Source of the DNA: Chitinophagaceae bacterium
Lineage (GTDB): Bacteria > Bacteroidota > Bacteroidia > Chitinophagales > Chitinophagaceae
Length of the DNA stretch: 64,000 bases
Assembly: GCA_004322425.1 (NCBI GenBank)
Contig: SCVJ01000022.1
Span: 92,064 to 156,063, forward strand
Direction: 5' to 3'
The notes under the pieces are model-generated. The model made no database searches and was not told the DNA's origin. It saw only the letters and a program-made list of their open reading frames with translations. Positions 47,335 through 56,158 of the stretch are shown here, piece by piece. The translations under genes and the position numbers were made by a program. How positions within the stretch are numbered: the stretch's first letter is position 1; every line of letters starts with the position of its first letter.

Positions 47335-48753
47335 ATGAGTAACTCACAAATCAATACGACAGTAATGCCCATTCAAATTCCTAACAATGAACAGCCAATC
47401 ATTATTGGTTTAGATATTGGTACAACTAAAATTGCTGTAATTGCAGGAAGGAAAAATGAGTTTGGTAAATTAGATATTCTTGGATTTGGCCGATCCAATA
47501 GCAATGGTGTAAGACATGGGCAGGTATTAAATATTGACGAAACGATTAAAGCAATTTCCGCTGCTTTACAAGATTGCAAAACTTCGAATCCCAATTTAGA
47601 AATAAATGAAGTATATGTTGGTATTGCAGGTCATCATATAAAAAGTTTGCAAACACGTGGCGATATGGTTCGTCAAAATACAGATGATGAGATTATTCAA
47701 AAAGAAATTGATCAATTAATTGCCGATCAATACAAAACGTATATTCCTGCAGGTGATCAGATTATTGATGTAATAGCGCAAGAATTTACAGTTGACAATT
47801 TTCAAAATATTCCTAATCCCATTGGTTATGGCGGTGTAAAAATTGGTGCTAATTTTCACATAATTACTGGTGATAAAAATGCCATTAGGAATATAAATAG
47901 AAGTGTGGAAAGAGCTGGATTATATTCTAAAGATTTAGTGTTGCAACCTCTTGCATCTGCAGCTGCAGTTATGGGACAAGAAGATTTTGAAGCAGGCGTC
48001 GCAATTGTTGATATCGGTGGTGGTACTACGGACCTTGCAGTTTTTTATGAAGGAGTTTTGAAACATACTGCTGTCATTCCTTTTGCTGGTGAAAATATTA
48101 CGAATGATATCAAAACAGGACTTGGTGTTTTGAAAACACAAGCTGAAAAAATGAAAACGCAATTTGGTTTTGCATTAGCAGATGAAGCAAAATCAAATGC
48201 TTTTATTACTATTCCGGGATTGCGTGGAATGCCGGCGAAAGAAATTAGTGTAAAAAATCTTGCCAATATTATTCAGGCAAGAATGAGTGAAATTCTTGGT
48301 TTTGTAACTTATCATTTAAAACAAGTTGGTCTTGATAATAAAGCATTGAATGGAGGAATTATTTTGACAGGAGGCGGATCGCAACTTAAACATTTAATAC
48401 AACTAACAGAATTTGAAACAGGATTAAATGCTCGCATTGGATTTCCAAATGAGCATTTGACAGCAGGCCACATTGAAGAATTGGCAAAGCCAACTTATTC
48501 TACTTGCATTGGATTGATATTAAAAGGATATGATGACTATGAGCACAACAGAAAACAATTTGATAAAGGATTTAAAAGAGTTGATGTGCCCAATGGTTTA
48601 AAATTATCAATCAATAATGGATCAGAGCTAAACCTAGAGCCTCAAAAAGTTGGACAGGAAATTGAGAATCGAAAAACCTTAACAGGTTTCTGGGATAAAT
48701 TTAAAGACAATCTAATTAATATTTTTAAAGAAGAAGGAGATTCACATTTATAA
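47335..48753 (+). CDS. ftsA: cell division protein FtsA
   Basis: Actin-fold motifs GLDIGTTKI, VDIGGGTTD and LTGGGSQL. C-terminal amphipathic GFWDKFKDNLINIFK. Confidence 0.93.
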   Translation: MSNSQINTTVMPIQIPNNEQPIIIGLDIGTTKIAVIAGRKNEFGKLDILGFGRSNSNGVRHGQVLNIDETIKAISAALQDCKTSNPNLEINEVYVGIAGHHIKSLQTRGDMVRQNTDDEIIQKEIDQLIADQYKTYIPAGDQIIDVIAQEFTVDNFQNIPNPIGYGGVKIGANFHIITGDKNAIRNINRSVERAGLYSKDLVLQPLASAAAVMGQEDFEAGVAIVDIGGGTTDLAVFYEGVLKHTAVIPFAGENITNDIKTGLGVLKTQAEKMKTQFGFALADEAKSNAFITIPGLRGMPAKEISVKNLANIIQARMSEILGFVTYHLKQVGLDNKALNGGIILTGGGSQLKHLIQLTEFETGLNARIGFPNEHLTAGHIEELAKPTYSTCIGLILKGYDDYEHNRKQFDKGFKRVDVPNGLKLSINNGSELNLEPQKVGQEIENRKTLTGFWDKFKDNLINIFKEEGDSHL

Positions 48754-48795
48754 TAATAAAAACCCATTTACTAACTAGCACTAAATTCAATTACT

Positions 48796-50601
48796 ATGAT
48801 TCATTTTGATCTTCCCAAAGAAAAATCCTCCATTATTAAAGTCATCGGCGTTGGCGGTGGAGGTAGCAATGCTGTAAACCATATGCATAGCCAGCAAATT
48901 GAAGGAGTTGACTTTATTATTTGTAATACGGATGCGCAAGCAATTGCTAAAAGTGATGTGCCCAATAAAATTCAATTGGGACCACATTTAACACAAGGAC
49001 TAGGTGCTGGTGCCAATCCCGAAATTGGACGTCAAGCAACAGAAGAATCGCTTGAAGAAATTCGCCGCATTTTGGAAGTCAATACTAAAATGGCATTTGT
49101 AACAGCTGGAATGGGTGGTGGCACTGGAACCGGAGGTGCTCCAATTATCTCAAAAATTTGTAAAGATTTGGGAATATTGACAGTTGGTATTGTTACAACA
49201 CCGTTTGCATATGAGGGCAAAAAGAGAATGCAGCAAGCAGAAGAGGGGATTAAAAATTTGAAACAATATGTTGATACTTTATTAGTCATCAGTAATGATA
49301 AGCTCCGTCATCAATTTGGGAATCTAAAAATGAGGGATGCATTTGCGAAAGCAGACAACGTTTTAGCTACTGCTGCAAAATGTATAACTGATGTAATTAG
49401 CAGCACAGGACAAATAAATGTGGATTTTGCAGATGTTTGTACCGTAATGAAAAATGGTTGTAAAGCAATTTTAGGTAATGCTGCTGCAGCGGGAGAAAAC
49501 CGTGCACAGCGTGCTATTGAAGAGGCTTTGAATTCTCCGTTACTAAATGATAATGATATTAGAGGTGCAAAGTGGGTACTCATAAATATCAACTCTGCCG
49601 AAGGGGAACACGAGTTTACAATGGATGAAGTTGAAATCATTCAAAACTATCTAGTAAGTCAAGCTGGTGAGAACTCAGATGTAATTCTTGGTCTTGGGTA
49701 TGATAATTCTTTGGGAGAAAATATTGGTATTACGATTATTGCCACAGGATATCAGCAAAGCAATTCAATAATAACAGCTAAAGCGGAAAAGAAAGTTGGT
49801 GAGCCAGAAAAGATTATGATGATTTTAGACGAACAGATTGAAGAAAAAATAGCAGAACCAATTTTCGTTGATGAAAAAATTGAAGATTTGTTGGCACCAA
49901 GATTGATTGAACATTTAATGGATGACAATTCTGAATATGAAGTAAATACGGAAAATAAAACTCAGTCAATTTCGGAAGATCAAAATATAATTATTTGGGA
50001 TAACAATGGAACTCAATTATCGGATGCTGAAAATAAAATTGATTTTGAAGCAGATGAAGTGGTAAATACTAATTCAATGTTTATGCAAAACATAGAAAAT
50101 GGAACTGCTTCTACATCAGGTGGATATTTATTGAAGCCTTCAAATATTTATGCAACTGCTAAAACATCTGCAACTATTGCAACCAAGCAGGTTGTTGAAA
50201 AAGTGGATGAAGTAAAATTCGATTTAGAAAAAGATGCCGCTTCGCTTGAAATGCAATTGATTGAAAAAGAATGCATTGAGGAGCCATTACCACAAATTTG
50301 TGCAGTTGAAACTAATGTAAGCAAATCAGCAGAACTTTTGGATGAAGTTGAAGATCAAAAAAGAAGAACTGTAGAGCGGATACAAAAATTGCGCAATCTT
50401 TCTTTTAATATTAATTCAGCTGATCCTAACAATGAATTTGAAATGGTGCCTGCGTATGTTCGGCGCAATATGGAATTATATGGCAATTCAATTTCTACAG
50501 TAGAAAATTTTTATAGCAATTATGAAGTAAAATTGGATGATAACAGCAATATAAAAATAAGCTCCATCAATACTTTCTTAGACGGGAAAAAGCCCGATTA
50601 A
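48796..50601 (+). CDS. ftsZ: cell division GTPase FtsZ with a long C-terminal linker and tail
   Basis: 601 aa. GVGGGGSNAVN, a tubulin signature GGGTGTGGAP and NTDAQA. A VPAYVRR peptide lies near, but not at, the C-terminus. Confidence 0.96.
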   Translation: MIHFDLPKEKSSIIKVIGVGGGGSNAVNHMHSQQIEGVDFIICNTDAQAIAKSDVPNKIQLGPHLTQGLGAGANPEIGRQATEESLEEIRRILEVNTKMAFVTAGMGGGTGTGGAPIISKICKDLGILTVGIVTTPFAYEGKKRMQQAEEGIKNLKQYVDTLLVISNDKLRHQFGNLKMRDAFAKADNVLATAAKCITDVISSTGQINVDFADVCTVMKNGCKAILGNAAAAGENRAQRAIEEALNSPLLNDNDIRGAKWVLININSAEGEHEFTMDEVEIIQNYLVSQAGENSDVILGLGYDNSLGENIGITIIATGYQQSNSIITAKAEKKVGEPEKIMMILDEQIEEKIAEPIFVDEKIEDLLAPRLIEHLMDDNSEYEVNTENKTQSISEDQNIIIWDNNGTQLSDAENKIDFEADEVVNTNSMFMQNIENGTASTSGGYLLKPSNIYATAKTSATIATKQVVEKVDEVKFDLEKDAASLEMQLIEKECIEEPLPQICAVETNVSKSAELLDEVEDQKRRTVERIQKLRNLSFNINSADPNNEFEMVPAYVRRNMELYGNSISTVENFYSNYEVKLDDNSNIKISSINTFLDGKKPD

Positions 50602-50641
50602 TATTTCGCTCATTCTTATTATTAGTAATTAGGCAATAAGT

Positions 50642-50671
50642 AAAACCCTTCCATGATATTGGAAGGGTTTT
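50642..50671. terminator. bidirectional rho-independent terminator between convergent ftsZ and the fadN-like gene
   Basis: 12-bp perfect stem AAAACCCTTCCA / TGGAAGGGTTTT with a 6-nt loop TGATAT. A/T-flanked, so it gives a U tract in both orientations. Confidence 0.8.
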
Positions 50672-50696
50672 AAATAAGATGAGAAAATATAGTTCC

Positions 50697-53078
50697 TTAA
50701 TTTCTTACAGGTTTGCCACCTTTCAACACAGATTGAATTCTTTCCAATGTTTTCTTTTCACCACAAAGTGAAAGAAAAGCTTCTCTTTCTAAATCAAGTA
50801 AATATTGTTCAGTTACTAAACTAGGGGCACTTAAATCTCCTCCACACATTACATAAGCCAATTTTTTTGCTACAACTACATCATGGCTAGTAGCATATTT
50901 GGCTAACATCATACCATTAATACCCGCGTATAATGCACCCAATGCCGATCTTCCCAAAACGGGTACATCTTTTCGTTGAACTGGAGTTGTGTAGCCTCTA
51001 TCAAAAATTTCAATAACAGATTTTTTTGCTTCAGCTATTCTTCTACTTTGATTCATTATTATTTGATCAATACCTTTTCGATAAATACCCAATGCAAATC
51101 CTTCTTGCGCCGAGGTGGCAACTTGTGCAGTTGCAATTGACATGAATCGATTTTTTAATGTATTTGTTTCCGGTTCATCTTGGTGTAGTTCATCTGCTGC
51201 TCTTAAAACAAATTCTTTGGTTCCACCACCACCGGGAATTAAACCGACACCCAATTCAACTAATCCAGTATAAGTTTCGGCAGCCGGACAACATTTGTCG
51301 GCATGTAAACTTAGCTCACAAGCCCCACCAAGTGCTAATCCATGAGGTGCAACAACAACCGGAATTGATGAATAGCGAGTTCGCATCATCGTATTTTGGA
51401 ACATACTGATTGCTAAATTCAATTCGTCAAATTCTTGTTCTACTGCAAGCATAAAAATCATTCCCACATTTGCCCCTGCACTAAAATTATTTCCTTCATT
51501 GGCAATGACTAAACCTTTATAATTTTTTTCAGCTTTTTCAATCGCAGTATTAATACCGCTTAATACATCACCACCGATGCTTCCCATTTTTGTAAACCAT
51601 TGTAATCCTAGTACATCTTCTCCAAGATTGTACAATCGGCAACTTCCATTTTTCCAAACTAGTTTATCTTGAAAATTACTCATTACAATAAATGCAGTAC
51701 CACCCGGTAACGATTTGTAGGTATGGCTAGCAGGATCGTAGCAAAGTTGTTTTCCATTTTCAGTTTTGTAGAAAGTAGTATTACCAAGCTGTAACATTTT
51801 TTCAATCCAAGGGGCTACTTTATATCCTGCTTCTTGCATGGCAAGAGTAACTTTTTCTATTCCTAAAGTATCCCAACTTTCAAATGCACCAATTTCCCAT
51901 CCAAAACCAGCTTTCATAGCGTCGTCCACACGATAAAGTTCATCACTTATTTCTGGAACTCGATAGGAGATATATGTAAACAAACCAAAATGAAAGTGGC
52001 GGTAAAATTCTCCAGCTACATCTTTACCGGAAAATAATAGTTTCAAGCGTTGATGTAAATCGTCAATTTGTTTTGCAGCTTCAAGTGTTGGATATTTTGG
52101 TTTTACTCTTTTGGCATACTCCATTGTTTTTAAATCAAGGGTCAAAATTTCTTTTTCACCAGCAGCGTTTTTTGTTTTCTTAAAAAAACCTTGCCCTGTT
52201 TTATCGCCCAACCAATTATTGTCAATCATTTTTGTTAACCACTCTGGATTTATGAAAACTTCTCTGGCTTCATCGGTCGAGCAATTATCATAAACGCCTT
52301 TTGCCACTTTTACTAACGTATCAATTCCCACAACATCTGCAGTTCTAAAAGTTGCAGACTTTGGTCTTCCCAATATTGGACCTGTTAAAGCATCAACTTC
52401 ATCGATGGTTAAATTCAATTTATCGATAAGTCTGAAAAGAGACATTATACCATAAACGCCAATCCTGTTCGCAATAAAAGCTGGAGTATCTTTACATAGC
52501 ACAGTTGTTTTTCCAAGATACAAATCACCATAGTTCATTAAAAAATCAACTACTGTAGAATCGGTATCGGGCGTTGGAATAATTTCAAGTAGTCGCAAAT
52601 AGCGCGGTGGATTAAAAAAATGGGTGCCACAAAAATGTTTTTTAAAATCATCAGTTCTTCCTTCCGCCATCATGTGAATAGGAATCCCCGAAGTATTTGA
52701 AGTAATTAGCGTTCCGGGTTTTCTATATTTTTCTACTTGGTCGTAAATTAATTTTTTAATATCTAATCGTTCAACAACAACTTCAATAACCCAATCACAG
52801 TCGGAAATAATTTTCATATCGTCGTCAAAATTTCCAGTTGTAATTTTCTTAACAACATCTTTTGAATACACCGGCGAGGGATTACTTTTTAAAGTAAACT
52901 GCAAGGCATCATTGACAATTTTATTTCTCAATTTTAAATCTGAACTTTCTTTCGCATCATTGGGTACAATATCCAAAAGCAAAACGTTTAATCCTATTCC
53001 TGCAAAATGGCAAGCAATACGAGATCCCATAACTCCACTACCCAAAACGGCAACTTTCTGAATGATTCTTTTATCCAT
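50697..53078 (-). CDS. fused 3-hydroxyacyl-CoA dehydrogenase / enoyl-CoA hydratase (FadN-type domain order)
   Basis: 793 aa. N-terminal Rossmann VAVLGSGVMGSRIA plus a 3HCDH domain; C-terminal crotonase segment NFSAGANVGMIF. Confidence 0.88.
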   Translation of the reverse strand: MDKRIIQKVAVLGSGVMGSRIACHFAGIGLNVLLLDIVPNDAKESSDLKLRNKIVNDALQFTLKSNPSPVYSKDVVKKITTGNFDDDMKIISDCDWVIEVVVERLDIKKLIYDQVEKYRKPGTLITSNTSGIPIHMMAEGRTDDFKKHFCGTHFFNPPRYLRLLEIIPTPDTDSTVVDFLMNYGDLYLGKTTVLCKDTPAFIANRIGVYGIMSLFRLIDKLNLTIDEVDALTGPILGRPKSATFRTADVVGIDTLVKVAKGVYDNCSTDEAREVFINPEWLTKMIDNNWLGDKTGQGFFKKTKNAAGEKEILTLDLKTMEYAKRVKPKYPTLEAAKQIDDLHQRLKLLFSGKDVAGEFYRHFHFGLFTYISYRVPEISDELYRVDDAMKAGFGWEIGAFESWDTLGIEKVTLAMQEAGYKVAPWIEKMLQLGNTTFYKTENGKQLCYDPASHTYKSLPGGTAFIVMSNFQDKLVWKNGSCRLYNLGEDVLGLQWFTKMGSIGGDVLSGINTAIEKAEKNYKGLVIANEGNNFSAGANVGMIFMLAVEQEFDELNLAISMFQNTMMRTRYSSIPVVVAPHGLALGGACELSLHADKCCPAAETYTGLVELGVGLIPGGGGTKEFVLRAADELHQDEPETNTLKNRFMSIATAQVATSAQEGFALGIYRKGIDQIIMNQSRRIAEAKKSVIEIFDRGYTTPVQRKDVPVLGRSALGALYAGINGMMLAKYATSHDVVVAKKLAYVMCGGDLSAPSLVTEQYLLDLEREAFLSLCGEKKTLERIQSVLKGGKPVRN

Positions 53079-53212
53079 AAAAAATTTTAGTTAGTTAAAC
53101 AACTAATCAGTTTCGAAGATATGATTTTTTGAATTTTGGTAAATCGGTTTTTTGACTAATTATCAGTTTATTCATAAAATGTTAAGAATATGTTACAAAA
53201 AGTAAAATATAC

Positions 53213-53239
53213 TTTACAATATGTAAAATTAATATTACA
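53213..53239. promoter_or_regulatory. two overlapping near-palindromes (TTTACAATATGTAAA and TGTAAAATTAATATTACA) overlapping the -7 box of the membrane-protein/HTH operon; candidate operator
   Basis: Read directly. TTACA/TGTAA half-sites recur at 53192-53239. AT-rich context, so chance is not excluded. Confidence 0.3.
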
Positions 53240-53243
53240 TTTG
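53236..53243 (+). promoter_or_regulatory. -7 box TACATTTG upstream of the membrane-protein/HTH pair
   Basis: Exact TAnnTTTG 15 nt before the ATG at 53259, and inside the longer listed ORF. Confidence 0.4.
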
Positions 53244-53258
53244 TTAAAACATGTTTAT

Positions 53259-53735
53259 ATGACAAACAAACTATTGTTACCAAACAAATACAAAAGAATA
53301 GGCTGGATGATTCTTATTCCTGCAATTATTCTAGGTGTTATTTTGAGTCTCACTGATTTCGAACCTAGATGGTTTAAGATGAAAGTATTTTCCATTTTCC
53401 CAGATGGATTCTCTGGGCAAGATCAATTTTTTAGCATTGTTGAAACGAATGTAGCAGCTACTGTAGTAGGTTTAGTATTAATAATTGGAGCTGTTTTAGT
53501 GGGATTTGCAAAAGAAAAAGTAGAAGATGAATTTGTTGCTGAGCTTCGGTTGACATCTTTATTATGGGCAGTATGGGTAAACTATGCTTTATTATTTTTA
53601 GCTTTTATTTTCGTTTTTGGTGTTCCGTTTTTTTCGATAATGATTTACAACATGTTTACTGTGTTGTTAATTTTCATCATTCGGTTTAATTACATTTTGT
53701 ATAAAAATTCTAAAATGTTATCAAATGAAAAATAA
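53259..53735 (+). CDS. small polytopic membrane protein of unknown function (4 predicted TM)
   Basis: MTNKLLLPNKYKRIGWMILIPAIILGVIL, followed by three more hydrophobic spans. Start chosen at 53259 because of the -7 box. Confidence 0.6.
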   Translation: MTNKLLLPNKYKRIGWMILIPAIILGVILSLTDFEPRWFKMKVFSIFPDGFSGQDQFFSIVETNVAATVVGLVLIIGAVLVGFAKEKVEDEFVAELRLTSLLWAVWVNYALLFLAFIFVFGVPFFSIMIYNMFTVLLIFIIRFNYILYKNSKMLSNEK

Positions 53736-53925
53736 CATTAAAGTTGAACGTGCCATTAAAGGTTTAACACAAGAGGGATTAGCTATCAAAGTGGCCGTTA
53801 GCCGACAAACCATCAATGCCATGGAGGCCAATAAATATGTTCCATCAACCGTATTAGCATTAAAAGTTGCTAAAATCTTTAATAAGACTGTAGAGGAGAT
53901 TTTTATTTTAGAAAAAGGAGATTGA
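53725..53925 (+). CDS. 66-aa XRE-family helix-turn-helix transcriptional regulator
   Basis: LTQEGLAIKVAVSRQTINAMEANKYVPSTVLALKVAKIF is a Cro/C1-type HTH. Overlaps the upstream gene by 11 nt. Confidence 0.8.
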   Translation: MKNNIKVERAIKGLTQEGLAIKVAVSRQTINAMEANKYVPSTVLALKVAKIFNKTVEEIFILEKGD

Positions 53926-53939
53926 ATAAAGAATGATGT

Positions 53940-56063
53940 TTAGCTTACTAGTGATCCCGGATTAACAGAATTTTCAGGTTTCAATAATCGTAATTTGCCA
54001 TCACTATCTTCAGCAGTAAGTATCATCCCTTGGCTTTCGATTCCTTTCATTTTTCTGGAAGCAAGATTGACGATAACAATAACTTGTTTGCCAACCATTT
54101 CTTCAGGTTTGTAATGCAATGCAATTCCGGAAACGATTGTACGGGTTTCTGAACCAAGATCAACTGAAATTTTTAGTAGTTTATCTGCCTTCTCCACTTT
54201 TTCGCAAGCAACAATTGTTCCCGTACGAAGATCTAGTTTCGTAAAATCATCGAATTGAATTGTAGATTTTTGAGGTACTAGATTTGTAACTAATTTTTCT
54301 TCTTCCATAGGCTTATATTTTTGTGCGTTGTTTTTTAATTTTTCAATTTGATATTTTATTTCATCGTCTTCTATTTTTCTGAACAATAATTCTGGTGCAC
54401 GCAAACTATAACCAACGCTTAAGAGGTTTAGTTTTCCTGCATTTTGCCAATCTAATAATTTATCAACCACTTTTAAAAGGTGTAATATTTTTTTAGAAGT
54501 GTGGGGTAATAATGGATTGATCAAGATGGCAAGGTTGGCACATAATTGAATACAATGATGAATTGTATTATCTATTTCTTTTTGTGCACTTTCAACAATA
54601 TTTCCATTTTCTGACGGTTGTTTTGCTTTTATCCAAGGTTCCTTTTTTTGCAAGTATTGATTTCCTTTTCTGCTTAAATCAATGACTTCAAAAAGAGCAT
54701 CTCTAAATCTATATTCCTCAATTGACTTTTGAACAAAAGGAACTGTTTGTTCTATTGCTGTAATTAATTTTTTATCAACTTCGTCCAAAATATCTGTATG
54801 TACTGTAGGAACCTTGCCGTTACAAAGCTTGTGCAGCAATACTAATGTACGGTTTACAAAATTTCCAAAAACAGCTACTAGTTCATTATTAACAGCATCT
54901 TGAAATCCTTGCCAAGTAAATTCTGAGTCTTTTGTTTCGGGAGCAATTTGAGTTAAATAATAGCGAAGCATATCAACACATTGCCCTCCACCATTTTCTT
55001 TTTTTACAAAATCGTTGATATAATCTTGCATGTCAATTTTCCAATTTCTGCTCGTACTCATCTTTTCACCTTCCAAATTCATAAACTCATTAGCCGGAAC
55101 ATTCTTTGGTAAAATCATTCCGTTTAGATGCAACATTATTGGGAAAATAATGCAATGAAATACGATATTGTCTTTTCCAATAAAATGAACTAATTGCGTG
55201 TCGCTGTCTTTCCAATAGGGTTGCCAATCTTTATTATTATCAAGAGCCCATTGCTTGGTTGCGCTGATATAACCAATGGGTGCGTCGAACCAAACATAGA
55301 GCACTTTGCCATCGGCTTCTTTTAATGGGACTGGAACGCCCCAATTTAAATCACGAGTTACAGCTCTAGGCTGTAATCCGCCATCAATCCAGCTTTTGCA
55401 TTGTCCCAATACATTTGTTTTCCAATCGGCGGCATGTTCTTTTATTATCCAATGGCGAAGAAATTCTTCATGTTTGTTTAACGGAAGATACCAATGTTTG
55501 GTACTTTTTTTTATAGGTTGATTGCCACTAAGTGTTGAAACCGGATTAATTAATTCATCGGAACTCAAACTTTTTCCACAACGTTCACATTGATCTCCAT
55601 AAGCCGAATCATATGAACAGTTGGGACACGTTCCTTTTATAAAACGATCGGCCAAAAAAGTATTTGTTTCTTCATCGTAAAATTGTTCTGATTCTTTTAT
55701 TTCCAATTGACCCTCAGATTCTAATGCTGTAAAAAAATCGCGTGCAGTTTCATGATGAAGTTTTTCTGATGTACGATGATAAATATCAAAGGAAATGCTT
55801 AAGTCGCTAAAATCTTGTTTACATATTTCATGGTATTTATCAATAATTTCCTTTGAAGTAATTTTTTCTTTTAATGCCTGAATGGGAATTGCGGTTCCAT
55901 GTTCATCGCTTCCACACACAAAAACAACATCTCTTTTTTGAGCCCGTAAATAACGAACGTAAATATCGGCAGGTAAATAAGCGCCAGCTAAATGTCCAAC
56001 ATGTTTCAATCCATTGGCGTAAGGAAGTGCTGAAGTAACTAAATAGCGTTTGGGTTGATTCAT
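53940..56063 (-). CDS. metG: methionine--tRNA ligase with C-terminal tRNA-binding (EMAP/Trbp111-like) domain
   Basis: 707 aa. HIGH-type LKHVGHLAG, a zinc knuckle CPNC...CERCG, KMSKS-type KMSTS, and a C-terminal LDLRTGTIV..GIESQGMIL. Confidence 0.96.
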   Translation of the reverse strand: MNQPKRYLVTSALPYANGLKHVGHLAGAYLPADIYVRYLRAQKRDVVFVCGSDEHGTAIPIQALKEKITSKEIIDKYHEICKQDFSDLSISFDIYHRTSEKLHHETARDFFTALESEGQLEIKESEQFYDEETNTFLADRFIKGTCPNCSYDSAYGDQCERCGKSLSSDELINPVSTLSGNQPIKKSTKHWYLPLNKHEEFLRHWIIKEHAADWKTNVLGQCKSWIDGGLQPRAVTRDLNWGVPVPLKEADGKVLYVWFDAPIGYISATKQWALDNNKDWQPYWKDSDTQLVHFIGKDNIVFHCIIFPIMLHLNGMILPKNVPANEFMNLEGEKMSTSRNWKIDMQDYINDFVKKENGGGQCVDMLRYYLTQIAPETKDSEFTWQGFQDAVNNELVAVFGNFVNRTLVLLHKLCNGKVPTVHTDILDEVDKKLITAIEQTVPFVQKSIEEYRFRDALFEVIDLSRKGNQYLQKKEPWIKAKQPSENGNIVESAQKEIDNTIHHCIQLCANLAILINPLLPHTSKKILHLLKVVDKLLDWQNAGKLNLLSVGYSLRAPELLFRKIEDDEIKYQIEKLKNNAQKYKPMEEEKLVTNLVPQKSTIQFDDFTKLDLRTGTIVACEKVEKADKLLKISVDLGSETRTIVSGIALHYKPEEMVGKQVIVIVNLASRKMKGIESQGMILTAEDSDGKLRLLKPENSVNPGSLVS

Positions 56064-56086
56064 GATTCGATTTGCTGACTTAGTTA

Positions 56087-56094
56087 CAAAAATA
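56087..56094 (-). promoter_or_regulatory. -7 box TATTTTTG (minus strand) upstream of metG
   Basis: Plus strand caaaaata; exact TAnnTTTG 23 nt before the metG ATG. Confidence 0.4.
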
Positions 56095-56158
56095 CCATAA
56101 AGGGTTTCATCTCCAAAATGAACGATTTACATAACTTTAATCAATATTATTATCAATT

